A stretch of DNA of 64,000 nt from Octopus sinensis (lineage: Eukaryota), in assembly GCF_006345805.1 (NCBI RefSeq), contig NC_043001.1, positions 55,676,001-55,740,000 on the forward strand. The letters run 5' to 3'. The notes under the pieces were generated by a model. That model had not been told where the DNA came from. It did not search any database and saw only the letters and a program-made list of their open reading frames with translations. The translations under genes and the position numbers were made by a program. This document shows, in pieces, positions 25,909 through 38,834 of the stretch. Positions within the stretch are counted from its first letter, which is position 1, and each line of letters starts with the position of its first letter.

Positions 25909-27111
25909 CAGCCACCTGAGCCTTGTCAAAGCTTCCTTTGGAGACATCAACTGGGTGGGTCTTCTTCCTTGTTTTACCAAGTAGAAATGGCTTCAATATT
26001 AGAATGATTTTCTCTCATTCATTACTATCACTGCACCAGGGTAGCTGATATAGATGGATAAAAATCCACAATATCAAATTGATTAAATTCTCAGATGACA
26101 GTATGTATATATACATATATGCACAGGTGTTGTTTTTCTTTTTATGTTTGGTTTGTTAATAAATAGTTCTAAGATTAAATAAAGTGAGATATAAGCAGCA
26201 CTGAATAAAATAACCCTTCAAAGCCAAAGTCTGTTTAGTTGGTTAGTTAAGAGTTAGTAAAAGTGTTGTTTACTTTATATCAGTTCATTAACATAAGAAA
26301 TTCTAAGGGGAGGGAGTGGGGTAAAAAGCAATCAAAAGATATTGTCAAAGAAAATTGAAATATTAATGATATATTAAATATTAATGGTATTTTGAATGTT
26401 GATGCTTTTATAGGTTATCGAATGAGATAAACGCTCTACATGGGGCAAATAAAATGATCAGACATGATATTATGAAGCTAAGTGACAAAAGAGAATAAAA
26501 TGATTTGTTTTGCAATATTAAAAGCTAAATATTGATAATTCATAACAAGCTTTGGCATTATTGGTGGAATTTCTGTCACTGTTCATACACAGTGGAATTA
26601 ATCTCTGGATTGTATTAAGCAGTAATCATGAACTGAAGACCGTATTCATATACATGCTAAAAACCTCAAGTAGTCTTTGTTTGTTAGTTAGCAATTGTCT
26701 CCTAATATGGTGATGTAATTCTGAGGTGGATGAAGAGAGAAGGAATAATTTACTCAGCCTATATTTAAATTTAGCAATAGGCAGGCTAACATAATTATTG
26801 TATTTAGATTTAATTTAGATAAATGCGAGTAGTTGTAGAGGTAAAAGGTCTCTATGTGGTTGCTTGACCTGCTAGAAATAGTAGGTAAATTTTCTACAAA
26901 TTGTACCATACTATCTAAAAATAAAACACATTGGATTATGTAGTCATAGATAACATTATCCAGGTAAAAAAAAACTGACTACATCTTGGTTGAGAGAAAA
27001 AGAATTGTTACAGTTTCAGCCAACAGGGAATTCTTTTTGTAGTTGCTTGACTTGTAAGAAACTGCATGTAAATCTACAACAAATATTTGCTTTCTTTAAT
27101 AAAGGAAGAAC

Positions 27112-27380
27112 ATTTAATGTCCATCTTTCATACTGGCATGGGTTGGACAGTTCAACGGGAACTGGCCAGCTGGAGAGCTGTCTGGGCCCCATTTGTCTGT
27201 TTTAACATAATTTCTACAGCTGGATGCCCTTCCTAATGCCAATCATCTTACAGAGAGTACTGGGTGCTTTTAATGTAGTATTGGCATGGGTGCTTTTATG
27301 TGGCACTGACATGGGCACTTTTATGTAGCACTGGCACAGGCATTTCTACATGTTGCCAGCACAGGTACTTTTACATAGCC
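27112..27380 (-). mobile_element. SINE family S4 with about 4 internal ~20-bp degenerate repeats
   Basis: Reverse complement of 21905-22117; ggcatgggtgcttttatgtggcact units. Confidence 0.75.
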
Positions 27381-27699
27381 TTGGAATAATTATGGCTGTC
27401 CCAGGTACAATTTATTCTTATATAATACATACAGTTTATCTGACAAACATTTTCAAAGATATACTTCACCTTTAGATATTAAAATTGTGCCGATATAACT
27501 GTATCCTCCTTTACTGTATTACAACTTCCTAAAGCACACAAATTCCTCCTCCTTGATAAATGCTTCACACTGGAATTCCCTTCCTGCAATTTTTGCAGTC
27601 ATCTATCCTTCACAAAATTAGCTCCAATGAAGCATATCTGTAATCAACAATGTTCTGGCCAAGACCATCCAATATTTTTTTCTTTTATATATTTGAGAC

Positions 27700-28558
27700 T
27701 ACAAGGTGGTATAACAGGTTCCTAGACAAGATCTGCAGCATGCCAACAGATGGCAGCACATGGTTGTGTGCACAGTGAGAGCTAGCAGTGACTTTCATGA
27801 GGCAGTGTGCTGAGTGACATCATGGTGTTTACTTCACAAGTTGTGAGATTTGTGTTTTTGTGATCACATTTGCTGTAGTCTGCAATTTTGTCATGGACAA
27901 AGGGCCAAGGTGAAATTTTGCATAAAACTTAGGAAGTTTACTACAAAGACAGTGAACATGCTTTGGTAATCAGTGATGAAGTAATGGATTGTACACAATA
28001 TTTCGAGTGGCATGGATGCTTCAAAAGCAGAGGAACATCTCTGCAATACCCAAGAAATGTGGCATTGTACATCATGAATTCACCACCCCACTCCAGGGCC
28101 AGACCATCAATCAAGAGTTCAACTGTGATGTTTTGAAGCATCTGAAGGAGAACACTTGGTGAAAGGAACCAGATTTGTGGACCACAAAGAACTGGATTCT
28201 TCACCAAGCTCTCTTCCTTTGTAAGTTTCTTGCCAATAACAATATGGCATCACTTCCACACCTGCCTTATACACCAGATTTAGCACCTGCAGACATCCAT
28301 CTTTTCTCCAAGATGAAAATGCAGCTCAGAGGTCACAGTTTTAACACTGTTGTTGAGATCCAGATCAAATCACAGAAGGTCCTTGACTCGCTTACAGAAA
28401 ATGACTCCCAGGTTGGATTCCAAAACTGGCAGGAATACTGGGACTGATGTACTGTTGCTCAAGGTATTTTGAATGAGATGATGTTAAAACTTGGGTAAAT
28501 AAGTTATTTTTTTATTGATCATAAAAAGCCTGGGAACCTTTCGATACCACCTCTTGCA
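27700..28558 (+). mobile_element. Decayed, internally deleted mariner element
   Basis: TIRs tacaaggtggtataacaggttcctagac / gcctgggaacctttcgataccacctc. ORF 28175-28447 contains PHLPYTPDLAPADIHLFSKMKMQLRGHSF. Confidence 0.9.
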
Positions 28559-29753
28559 TAATAGAGTACAATATAAAAATAAAATTAGCAACTATTTTTA
28601 GTTAGCAAAGCAATCTCAAGCTTTAGAAATTAAAGATGGGTATTAGCCACATTAACCTTACCAGAATGGGAGGGGAAGGCCTACAAAGGTCATGGGTATT
28701 ATTCCATTGTTTCAAAGTAGACAGCAACAAAAAGAAAAAAATATATAATCCAAACTAAAACCATATACACAGTGTTTATAAATTTTCAAAACATTTCTTT
28801 TCATAAAAATGCTTCCCCCTACCATTTCCTAGATTGTGGTAATTAAATTGGAAAGTTCCCTGTTAAAATAGAGAAAAGCCAACTTAAGTATCATCCTGAT
28901 CCAAAAATTAGCCATTCATAACCATTTTTGATAGTTTGTTAAAATTTTATTGAACTGGTATCATGTCCCAAAATCTTAGGATTAATTTAGTTCTATATCT
29001 ATAACAAACATGCCAAAACTCAAGTCCTTGGTTTGTACTTTTGGATTTAGCTAGGTTTGAAAACATCTGAAAAGCTTACACTTGCAGCATGAAATCCACT
29101 GTTTGTTACATGCAACAAAATAGGCTTTACATAAATGTTTTAAAAATTGCCAAAAAAAGTTTCATTTTCAAGAATCTGAACAAAAAAAGAAGGCAACTGC
29201 TATTCCATGGACACTATTAATTTGTGTAATTTGAAGATGGTTATCACCTCAGTTTCAAAGATATGACATCACAACTATGGCTAATTATTCATTTAGGCCT
29301 AATTAGGCAAGTTTCAACCAATTTGCTGACCATTCAAATTGTCATATTTCCTAAAATATTCATCTGAATTTCACAAATGAGGTATCAAAATGTTTCTTCT
29401 TGGATGCTTTCCAAGAAAAAGTGCAGCAAAAGTCAGATTTAAATATTTTCAAAGATTCATAGTGACACCTAAATCTAGTGTAATTAAGCTTTGTAAAGAA
29501 AGGTAGAAGCATTTCCTCTTTTAAAAAAGAAATATGGCTACTATGATATAACTACTGATATGTGAACAATATGTGAGCCAAATGAGAAGGTATCAGAGTC
29601 TGTGAGTAGCTAAGAAAAAAAATGTTAGTTACAACATAATGGTTGTGAGTTACAAATACAGTGATTGAAAATAAAATTTAGGGTTTCCATGGCAGGATTT
29701 CTGGTTCTGTAAAAAGTAGGCAATATGGTTGGTTCTTACTGAAAAAATGTTTA

Positions 29754-31100
29754 TACAGGATGTCCCCAAAATATTGACATCATTTCACACCCTAATAACA
29801 TAGCTAATTCTCGCTCAAATGATTTCAAATTTTAACAAAATGTGTAAAACCTAAGTTTTTTTTTCAGGGTGAAGAATGAAGTTCAGTAGAAATGAAAAGG
29901 TATTATGTGTGTTAGAATATGCTCAATCACAGTCAAACAAGAGTGTGCAACGCGTATTTTCAAGAAAATTCAATAAAGATGCACCAACTGGAAAACAGAT
30001 TTGGACATGGCACAAAAAAATCAAAGAAGAAGGCTGTCTATGCAGGGCAAAGGGATCTGGGTGACCACCAGTACTGGAAGATATCATCAATCAGGTTTGG
30101 GAAACATCTGTGCGAAGCCCCAGAAAGTCTGTAAGAAGAGCATCTATGGAAATCCAAGTTCCTTGTACAACACTTTGGCATGTAGTAAGGAAATGTTTGT
30201 GAAAAACACCCTATAAGTTGCAGCACATTCAAGCCTTAAACACAGATAACAGGGAAAAGTGCAAGCAATTCTGTGTTGCTAAACAAGAGAAAATTGAAGG
30301 TGTAAAGTCTGTAAAGTGTCTCGTTTTCAGTGAAGAGGCCACATTTCAGATGAATGGCAAAGTTAATAAGCATAATGTTTACATTTGTGGAGAAGAATAT
30401 ACCCCATGCCACAGTTGAGCACATGAGGGACTCACCAAAAGTAAATGTGTTCTGTGCAATCTCCAAGAATTGTCTTTATGGACTATTTTTCTTTGAGGGA
30501 AACATGACTGGCAATGTTTATTTACAAATGCTTAAGAAATGGTTATTTGATTATTTCATTGCAAATGAGCATGGCAAATTCATTTTTCAACAGGATGGGG
30601 TTCCACCTCACTGAAAGCTGACTGTGCAGGCTTATCTCAATGAGAATCTACCAAGGAGATGGATCAGGTGTGCCAGTGATAATGACAATGTGCTGTTGAA
30701 ATGACAACCACATTCATCTGACTTGACACCTTATGATTTTCTTGTATGGAACTATGTGAAAGGACTGGTCTATATATCCCACCTCTTCCTACAAGTCTCA
30801 AGGAACTTGAGAAGAGAATCACTGAATCACTGGAAAATGTTACACAAGCCATGCTACAGCACATTTGGCAGGAGTTAGACTGCTACTTGATGTGTGTCAT
30901 GTCATAGGCAGTGCACATACTGAACATTTGTGAAGTTTTGGGAAATCAGTTATAAAACCTACATCCCTCTGAATCGTTTGTTTGAATCTTGATAAATAAA
31001 TCCCTTATTGTTCAACATGAAGCCTATTTAATTTCATTTGCTTAGGACATGTAGTTACTCAGATATTCAAATGATGTCAAATGTTTTGTGACACCCTGTA
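29754..31100 (+). mobile_element. Full-length (~1.34 kb) Tc1/mariner element, DD41D/VS (rosa)-like, with DD46D spacing
   Basis: TA-caggatgtccccaaaatattgacatcattt ... aaatgatgtcaaatgttttgtgacaccctg-TA. Confidence 0.92.
29876..30933 (+). pseudogene. Inactivated DDD transposase
   Basis: HTH-type N-terminus (QSNKSVQRVFSRKFNKDAPTGKQIWTWHKK), FSEEATF, NKHNV, SPKVNVFCAIS, FQQDGVPPH, HSSDLTPYDFLVWNYVK and terminal EHL*. Several stops and frameshifts. Confidence 0.9.
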
Positions 31101-31201
31101 TTTTAACTGAGTTAATCTGAACAAAGTAATAGAAGTTGCATTATTTTATATCTCAGTCAAAAGTTACTGAGGGTGACTGAAGGGAAAATACAGAAGCTTA
31201 C

Positions 31202-31268
31202 CTGAGCTAATCTGGACGAATAAGCCAATCATAATACTCCCACATAAAAGCCATGTGCTGGTACGCAT
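31202..31268 (-). CDS. First coding segment (signal-peptide-like, MRTSTWLLCGSIMIGLFVQISS + 1 nt) of an unidentified secreted or membrane protein gene
   Basis: ATG at 31268 in an AAAA-ATG context with an in-frame TGA 9 nt upstream. Basic N-terminus, hydrophobic core and small C-terminal residues. Ends at a CAG|GTAAGC donor in phase 1, typical of signal-peptide exons. Confidence 0.72.
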
Positions 31269-31329
31269 TTTTCCTCATTGGTTGCAAGGGGGGGTCTCCA
31301 GGATAGTTACTTCAAAATCTGACTGATAC
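31202..31329 (-). other. 128-nt spliced exon (5'UTR + start of CDS)
   Basis: Acceptor ttcttttttcttcttatag|G at 31330 and donor CAG|GTAAGC at 31201. Non-repetitive sequence. All three frames carry stops in the 5' half, so it cannot be an internal coding exon. Confidence 0.75.
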
Positions 31330-31821
31330 CTATAAGAAGAAAAAAGAATGGTGTTTTTATTATCATGAAGAAACATGCTTTTTAGGGGTTTTTTTTCTTT
31401 TTAAATAAATGTCATAAAAATATGATCAGATAATGAACTAAGTAAGAAAACAAAGAAATAAAACTATCCTAGCCAAAGAGCAAATATATTTGTAATTCGT
31501 AATATAATTTCATGACTTGAGATTTGGATGGGACACGAGTTCCATAACATTCTGTATGCACATTGTCTTGGTTGAACATTTGAGAAAACGAAAGAGACAA
31601 AATAGGATCAAGACAAAGTGAGAAATAGAGAGAGGTGGGGGAGAGGGCAGACAAAAAGTGAGAGGAAGGAATAAACAGGAGAATCAAGTCATTAGGTGAG
31701 CATTTTTTGTCAAACATCATACTGAGAGTATTGTCAGTCAAGTGACATCTTGCCTATAGTGCCTCAGGCACACAGCTTCAACCCGGTTCTACAGGATGTA
31801 AAACAGGAAACAAAAAAAGAA

Positions 31822-31823
<2 letters not shown>

Positions 31824-31893
<70 letters not shown>
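31824..31893. repeat. (AAT)n microsatellite
   Basis: Direct inspection. Confidence 0.95.
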
Positions 31894-32217
31894 TTATTTG
31901 CTACCAGGGCAAAACAAAAAAGTGGGAACAAAGTCAACTATACAAGCTTTAGTCTCTCCCTTAGTTCTGCTTTCAGAGAGTTGAAAAAGAGAACTAGTGT
32001 GCATGAAAACCACACACAAAAATGTTGTACACATGCATGTGAGCATGTGTGCATAAAGTTTTATATGTATGTGTGCATGTATATATACATTTGAAAATTA
32101 GGTTCTGAGAATAAATACTACCAACATATAGAAATTATTAATGAATATAGAAAATAAATACATACAAATCAATTCAAAAACAAGGACAAAGAAAAAGAAA
32201 GAACTAACTCTCCCTCT

Positions 32218-32580
32218 TTTACTTGTTTCAATCATTTGACTGTGGCCATGCTGGAGCACCGCTTTTAGTCAAGCAAAGCGACCCCAGGACTTATTCTTTG
32301 TGAGCCTAGTACTTATTCTATTGGTCTCTTTTGCTGAACTGCTAAGTTACGGGGACAAACACAGACACACAAACGCACACACACACACACACACACATAT
32401 ATACATACATATATACGATGGGCTTCTTTCAGTTTCCGTCTACCAAATCCACTCACAAGGCTTTGGTAGACCCGAGGCTGTAGTAGAAAACACTTGTCCA
32501 AGGTGCTATGCAGTGGGACTGAACCCGGAACCATGTGGTTGGTAAGCAAGCTACTTACCACACAGCCACTCCTGTGCCTA
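32218..32580 (-). mobile_element. SINE family S1
   Basis: Close match to 1646-2013 with an internal deletion. Confidence 0.88.
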
Positions 32581-34519
32581 AGCAAATCTATTTTTCAAAT
32601 TAAATAGTCTTTGAGAAATAATACATGGGACATAGGAATTTCTGGCTAAACATGTATGTTATAAGAATCTATCATTAGAATTTAAATGAAAAGCTGGTAG
32701 ACAAATTGTTTTCATTGCAGTATTTTAATTATGCTGTTACAGAGGAGAGCAATAAGCCTGAAAACTTATTTAATCTCAACATGTACATTTAGACATTAAT
32801 TAAAATTATTTTCTGTTTCTAAATGACATTTTTATAACTTTCTTTTTTCTAGTTGAAGAAACAAAAAGTACCCCTCCCCCACCACCCAAAAAAATAACTT
32901 TAAGAAATATTCTTCAGAGACGTATCTTTGATTAGTCGTCCAATGTTGTGTGTGTAAACATAGATGTATTGTATGTTTAAACACTGACTCTTGCAAGACT
33001 TTGGAGCAGGTACAGCCGCATGGTTAAGTTCGCTTTCCAACCATGTTATTTTGTGTTGAGTTCCAATGCACAGCACTATGCGCATACACATGTATATGTC
33101 TATATTTATTAACATCTGCACTCTAAAGTTATGATGCCTGAGAGATGTTGATGTTGACAGTCTCCTGTACCCATATATGCATGTATATATACATGTAGAT
33201 GTAGGTACATACATATATGTATGTATATATGCATATGTTTTATTTATTAATTTGTTATTATATGACGGAACGCACGCATCCATTTCTAAGTAAGTTTGTT
33301 CTATATATATATATATTTATATATATATGGAAGTAGAATTATATATAAGCATACACTCATAGACTTCTGTACACATGCATACATGTCTATAGTTGTAGAG
33401 GTATTTGATATTTCAAAGGTTGAGTGCATGAACAAAGCTTTAACTCAAAAAAATTTATCTAACCCATGACAGTAAGGAAAAGCAAATGCAAAACAAGGAA
33501 GAGATGATGATATATGTGTGTGTGTATGCGAGTGTTTGTGTGTGTGTGTGTCAGTGTGTGTATTAATACATATATAATATACACACACGTATATATAAAC
33601 AGCTTAAAGTGAATTTTATGGAAACGATATACATCATAATTAATACCCCATAGTCAACACATTCAAAGAATTTAGGTTACATCCTGAAGGCTGCAGAGCA
33701 CTTTGTATATAGAATAAAAGGGAACAGAGGTGATGGTAGGTAGGTGGTTTGAATAGAAGGAAATAAAGTAATGCTGCAGTAATATGTATGTAATAGGTGC
33801 TGACATATAATGTAAATACTGGTTTGATGGCAGATTATGAATATAATGGAAGGACACAATGCAACAGTGGTATGGTACATACAAACTACAATGATGATTT
33901 CATGCAATCTCAGAGGAATAGGTTTGGTTGGTGGTGGTGGTAGTGGGTAGGACAGCAGTAGTGGTGGTAGTGGTAGAAATGATTTTAATAGGGATGGGCA
34001 GTGGTGTTTGTTGTGGTAGAAGTAGTGGTAATAGTAATCATAATAGTAGTAGTAGATGTTACAGTGGTGGTCTTGGAGGTGGCAGCAATGATTTATTTAT
34101 ACAGGCAGAAATTTGTGATATTGAAGCAGTTTCCGAATTTCATTAACAGCATTAGTAAATTTACAATGGTTAAAAGCAAGAACTAAAACTGAGTCTAACA
34201 TTTCAATCAATAGGATCTTATTATTAATAATAATAATTGTTTCTAATTTAGACACAAGGCTAGAAATTTTATGGGAGGGGATCAGTCCATTAAATTTGAT
34301 GTCAGCACTTGACTGGAACTTTATTTTATTGATCCCAGAGGAATGACAGAGAAAATTAACCTTGGGATTTGAACTTACAAGGTAAAGTGTTGTAATAAAA
34401 TACCATAAGGAATTTTGTTCAACTCTAGCAATTTTGTCCAATGAAAATAATAATCATTTCCAGCATAAAATAGTTCTAATTTAAGTACAAGCACAGCAAT
34501 TTGAGCTCGAGTTAGTTGG

Positions 34520-34747
34520 TTAACCCCTTAGCATTCAAACCAGTCATAACCGGCCAAAATATTCTCCCAGTTTTATATTGAAACTGAGCAGATCAGGCCT
34601 CTCACACCTACCCTGTGATGTCATTTTAAAACTAAACAATCACATAACTGAAATCTCTAAACTACAAGATGATGGATGATTAATTCAGCACAATATAAAT
34701 ATACAAGCATCATTTTTGCCAGAATAATCTGAATACTAAAGGATTAA
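34520..34747 (+). mobile_element. piggyBac-like MITE family B, inside an S2-like SINE
   Basis: TTAA-ccccttagcattcaaacc ... aatctgaatactaaagga-TTAA. Confidence 0.8.
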
Positions 34748-35169
34748 ATCAACAGCAGTCCTTGACTGGTACTTATTTTATTGTTGGTGCCACTGGATGA
34801 CAGGCTCTGGTGATGATGTTATTCCACACCTTCCAATCCATGGTGCTGGCTTTAGCTTGCTTGAGGTCAAGGCATGGCAACATCAGGTCTTTGTTTCACC
34901 CATGTCTTCTTTGGTGTGATAGTCTCCTAGTGCTCATTCATGTAGGCACCACAGTAGCATATTGGTTGAGAGGACAGTATCCTCCTCTGGTCACCAGTCA
35001 GGGATTCTACTTACTTATTTTATTGACCCAAGGAGAATGAGAGGTAAAGTTAACTTCACTAGGATGTGAACAGAGAATGCTAAGGAGCCAGTCAAATATC
35101 ATAAATCATTTTGACCAACACTCCACCAGTTCTACCGATGCAGTAAATTCATCAGATTATTTTTAGCTG

Positions 35170-35560
35170 CTCACTCTTACAAAGATAAAATATTAATATA
35201 TACACTGACTCAACCAAGTCAATAGATATGTGTATCAAACAATATACCAACATTTTGGTGTAAAAACTGAGAAGTGATAGAAACATATGTATAAAGATGT
35301 ACTAAACACTGTACATACCACTGATTTGGGTTTAACAGACTTGAGCATATCTGTCCAGATTGCTGAGGAGATTTAGGAAAACAATCTAAATATAATTCTC
35401 AAAGATAGGAACAAGAATCTTTGTACTCAAAAGACATTTCAATTCATTCTGGTCCATTACTACTAAAGTACAAGGATCTTTAAATGGAAATAAGTAGGAC
35501 ATGGAATATGAAATTAAAAACAGTATCAATAGTAACTTGGTATCATAAACAAAAACATAA
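35170..35560 (+). mobile_element. Degraded R4/Dong-type (restriction-like endonuclease) LINE fragment
   Basis: KYKDL*MEISRTWNMKLKTVSIV (about 35466-35533) resembles the R4-clade KYxDLxxEIxRMWxxKxxxVPI motif. Upstream Y*YIH*LNQVNRYVYQTIYQHFGVKTEK resembles YxxRHDxVxxYIHWxLCxxYG. Confidence 0.6.
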
Positions 35561-36441
35561 AAACCTATACCAGCTCTCACAATTCTGTATACAATTCAAA
35601 ATATAGCTCTGATAGGCATAGCCCACATCTTATGCAAGACACTTTCAAGTCTAATAGCAGCTACTTACACAATACACTTCCTACACAACAGTCTCTGTAT
35701 ACAATTACCACCCAATAAAATAATAGTTATACTGTTACATAGCTTGGCATCCAGTACTATAACACATCCAGTGCATGTAACTAGTCTCCTATGCAACACA
35801 CATTCTACACAATTACTACTCAACAGAGCATATTCTATAACCAACACTAGAAAATATAACAAACACAAATTACATGGAACACTAAAGTAAAACGGAAATA
35901 CTTTCCTACACTCCTGACACAATGCTACACACAAGTCAACAAAGCAGCCTCTACATGGTTGCTCAATCTGTTAGCAAAAACAGCCAAATATCCCTCAAAT
36001 TACACCATACCACCTTAGAATGTATGGCAATGCACTAGCGTCACTAGAGTGCGTGCTGCCTGGGGTGACCCTCCTGTTTGCTGCCCCTGGATCCCACAAA
36101 AAAACACATATTGCCTACAGCAGACCCAAAAGTGCCACTCCTTTAAAAGCGCCATCCAGGGTGGACAGTTCCTACCCACTCACCCCAGCTACACTAGTGC
36201 TCCAATGTGGATGATGTGGTTTTTGAGCTCTCTGCATTTAGGACACAGCTGTGAAGCTTCTGATTATGTCAATGAGAGTAGGGCTAAATAATAACAATAC
36301 TGGTCATGCCTCAGGAATGTGCAAGTATACTTGATGGTACAATAGACATCAGCATGAAATTATATAATGAATTTTATATCTATCCATATATCTATCCATT
36401 TCTCTCTCTCTCTCTCTCTCTGTATATATATATATATATAT

Positions 36442-36598
36442 GTAGTTTAAATTTCCAGAAAACAACAAGCAGGTGTATTAGTTTAACGCTCAGGAAGAAT
36501 GGAAAAGCCTTTACATTTTGAGCCTATGCTCTTCAACAAAAAGGATTAAAAGGAAGAAAAAAACCAGAGATAATGAAAAAACAGAAAGAGAAAAATAC
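36442..36598 (-). mobile_element. Short microsatellite-embedded element with a degenerate hammerhead-like core (Penelope-LTR-like)
   Basis: Minus strand TTGTTGAAGAGC-ATAG-GCTCAAAATGT. A related truncated copy at 43004-43095 shares tgtattagt...cgctcaggaa. Confidence 0.5.
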
Positions 36599-36605
36599 AC
36601 TTATA

Positions 36606-36665
<60 letters not shown>

Positions 36666-36898
36666 GCATATATATGTGTGCATATATATATATATGCATA
36701 TATATATATATATATCTACACACACATGCTTAATACGAATCTATGTGAGCGTGTGTGCACATACATGAATATAACACCCATGTCAGTTGTTAGCTGTCAA
36801 AACACTGCATCCTTCAAAAAAAATTCACTTTTCCTGACATACCTGTGCATCATTTCCTCATTATGGCATTTTACTTTTCAGTTTTCTGTCCTTTTGTT

Positions 36899-37126
36899 AT
36901 AACCCTTTAGCATTCAAATTATTCTGTCAAACATAATGCTTATTTATTCACACTGTTTTGAGTTAATCAAGCACTATCTCATAATTTCGAAATTTCACTG
37001 ATCCAACTGTTTAGTTTTAAATGGATGTAGTCGAGTAGGTGTGAAAGGCCAGATGTGACTGATATGAACTTAAAACAGGTAAAATATTTGGGTTGTATGT
37101 GGCCAGTTTAAATGCCAAACGGTTAA
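36899..37126 (-). mobile_element. MITE family B
   Basis: taaccctttagcattcaaatt ... tttaaatgccaaacggttaa. Confidence 0.8.
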
Positions 37127-37683
37127 TCCAGTGCACTATTATTGCAGTGCTTCTTTACTTGACTTATCACTGCTTTTTGTTTGTCCCCTCTTTTACCCTT
37201 TATTAACGAGTTATGTGAGCACCTGAGCAAGGAGTAGAATAAGCTTGTTATTAGTTTTATATACAAATAAAAAATGCATATATATATGTGTGCATGTGTG
37301 TTGTGTAGGAAGTGATGATTTCAGATAAAAGACAGCTGTGCAAAAGCAATTTTTTTTTGTGTGTGTGTAGCTTGTGTAAGAATAAATGCAGTTAATTGAG
37401 ATAAATGAGACTAAGAATAGAAATGAAAGGTAAGAGAGACAAAAGGAAAGAAAAAGATAGGGAGATGGATGGATAAAGAGAAAATAAAAATGACAAAAAA
37501 GGAGCAAATAAGAAAAAAGAAAGTGTTGTAGCGAGTTAAAATATAGGAGTAAACAGGTGAGTTTGCTGATAATTTTGAAGTCATGATCATATTTTTAATG
37601 AAACAAACTGCTTTTGTGTTTCATTTAATTTCAAAAATAACGAAAAATTCTGACAGGTTTTAAAATAATAAACTTTGTCATCA

Positions 37684-37911
37684 TTAACTCTTTCATTACT
37701 GTATTTATTTTGAGATGCTCTGGGTTTCTTTCAATTATTTTGGATATGACAAAGGATTTAATAAAATAACTTAGTTATCATTCAGCTAGTGTTAGGAACA
37801 TAAATTGTGACTAAGGTTTGGTGGAAGATTTTAATTCAAAACTTATGAAAACAAGATATTTGTACTCAGATCCACAGTCAGTTTCAGCCGGGTTGGTAAC
37901 GAAAGGGTTAA
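37684..37911 (-). mobile_element. MITE family A nested at a TTAA in an older family-A copy
   Basis: Reverse complement of 932-1160. The flanks aaactttgtcatca-TTAA / TTAA-gttagtgtttt rejoin as family-A sequence. Confidence 0.88.
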
Positions 37912-38445
37912 GTTAGTGTTTTAAACTTTTAAAAGGTTTTCAAACCAACCTACAAGGAATAGCAGTCGCATATGCTGGAAATCATACCCTAGAGAGAAAG
38001 ATAGAGAGAGAGGTGGGTGAGGGTGGGGGATTGACCAAGACCTAAAAGTCCTATCGCAGTCTCTCCTGTCAATTGGTGTGCTGCCATTGAGACAAATAAA
38101 CTGAAATACTTGAACACTTACTTAAGGATTTTCCCGTGCACTGTCTATTTTGCCACACCACAAAGAAATATTTTTTTAGTCATTGACAAGTGAAGGGATT
38201 TAAATGCACAGAACTGGAACAGGTTCTGCAAAGCATTGCATCCAACATTATAACAATTCAACCAATTTACCACTCTGGATTGTCATGTTAGCGATCTCAA
38301 AACAATACATGTTGACTTTAGCAGGATTTGAAGTCAAGACTACAAAAAAGCAAAACAAATACCACAAGGTATTCTATTCAATGCCCTCATAACTGCCAAA
38401 ATCCCTAACTACCTTAAGAAAAGGAAACATAGGATAGGGTATGGC

Positions 38446-38661
38446 TTAACTCTTTAGCATTTCAAAAGGCCATATCCAGCTAAAATATTCTACTAGTTTT
38501 ATGTTCAAACAGGTTCACACCTACTCTATAAGGTCATTCTAAAAATAAACAATCACCTCATTGAAATCTTGAAGTTATGAGATAATGTATGATTATTTCA
38601 GAAAAATGTGAATAAATAAGTGTTAACTTTGACAGGAGTAATCTGAATGCTAAGGGGTTAA
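38446..38661 (+). mobile_element. MITE family B
   Basis: TTAA-ctctttagcatt ... aatctgaatgctaagggg-TTAA. Confidence 0.82.
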
Positions 38662-38834
38662 GGGAGATTTGGCAGCTATTTGTAGCAGGTCAAGTTACTG
38701 TTGGCATATCTAAGAGGTTCTGGATCAAACAGAAGACTGCCAGAGCCAAGTAGTTACATCTGTAAGATTCTCCCCAGTACTAAATCCATTAAAATGTCAT
38801 CATAAGTCTATAACAAAAAAATCGACTGTAAGAA

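Noticed and set aside
27270-27380. Short regularly spaced repeats resembling a CRISPR array
   Set aside because: Degenerate tandem units inside a SINE, with no unique spacers, no cas genes and a eukaryotic context.
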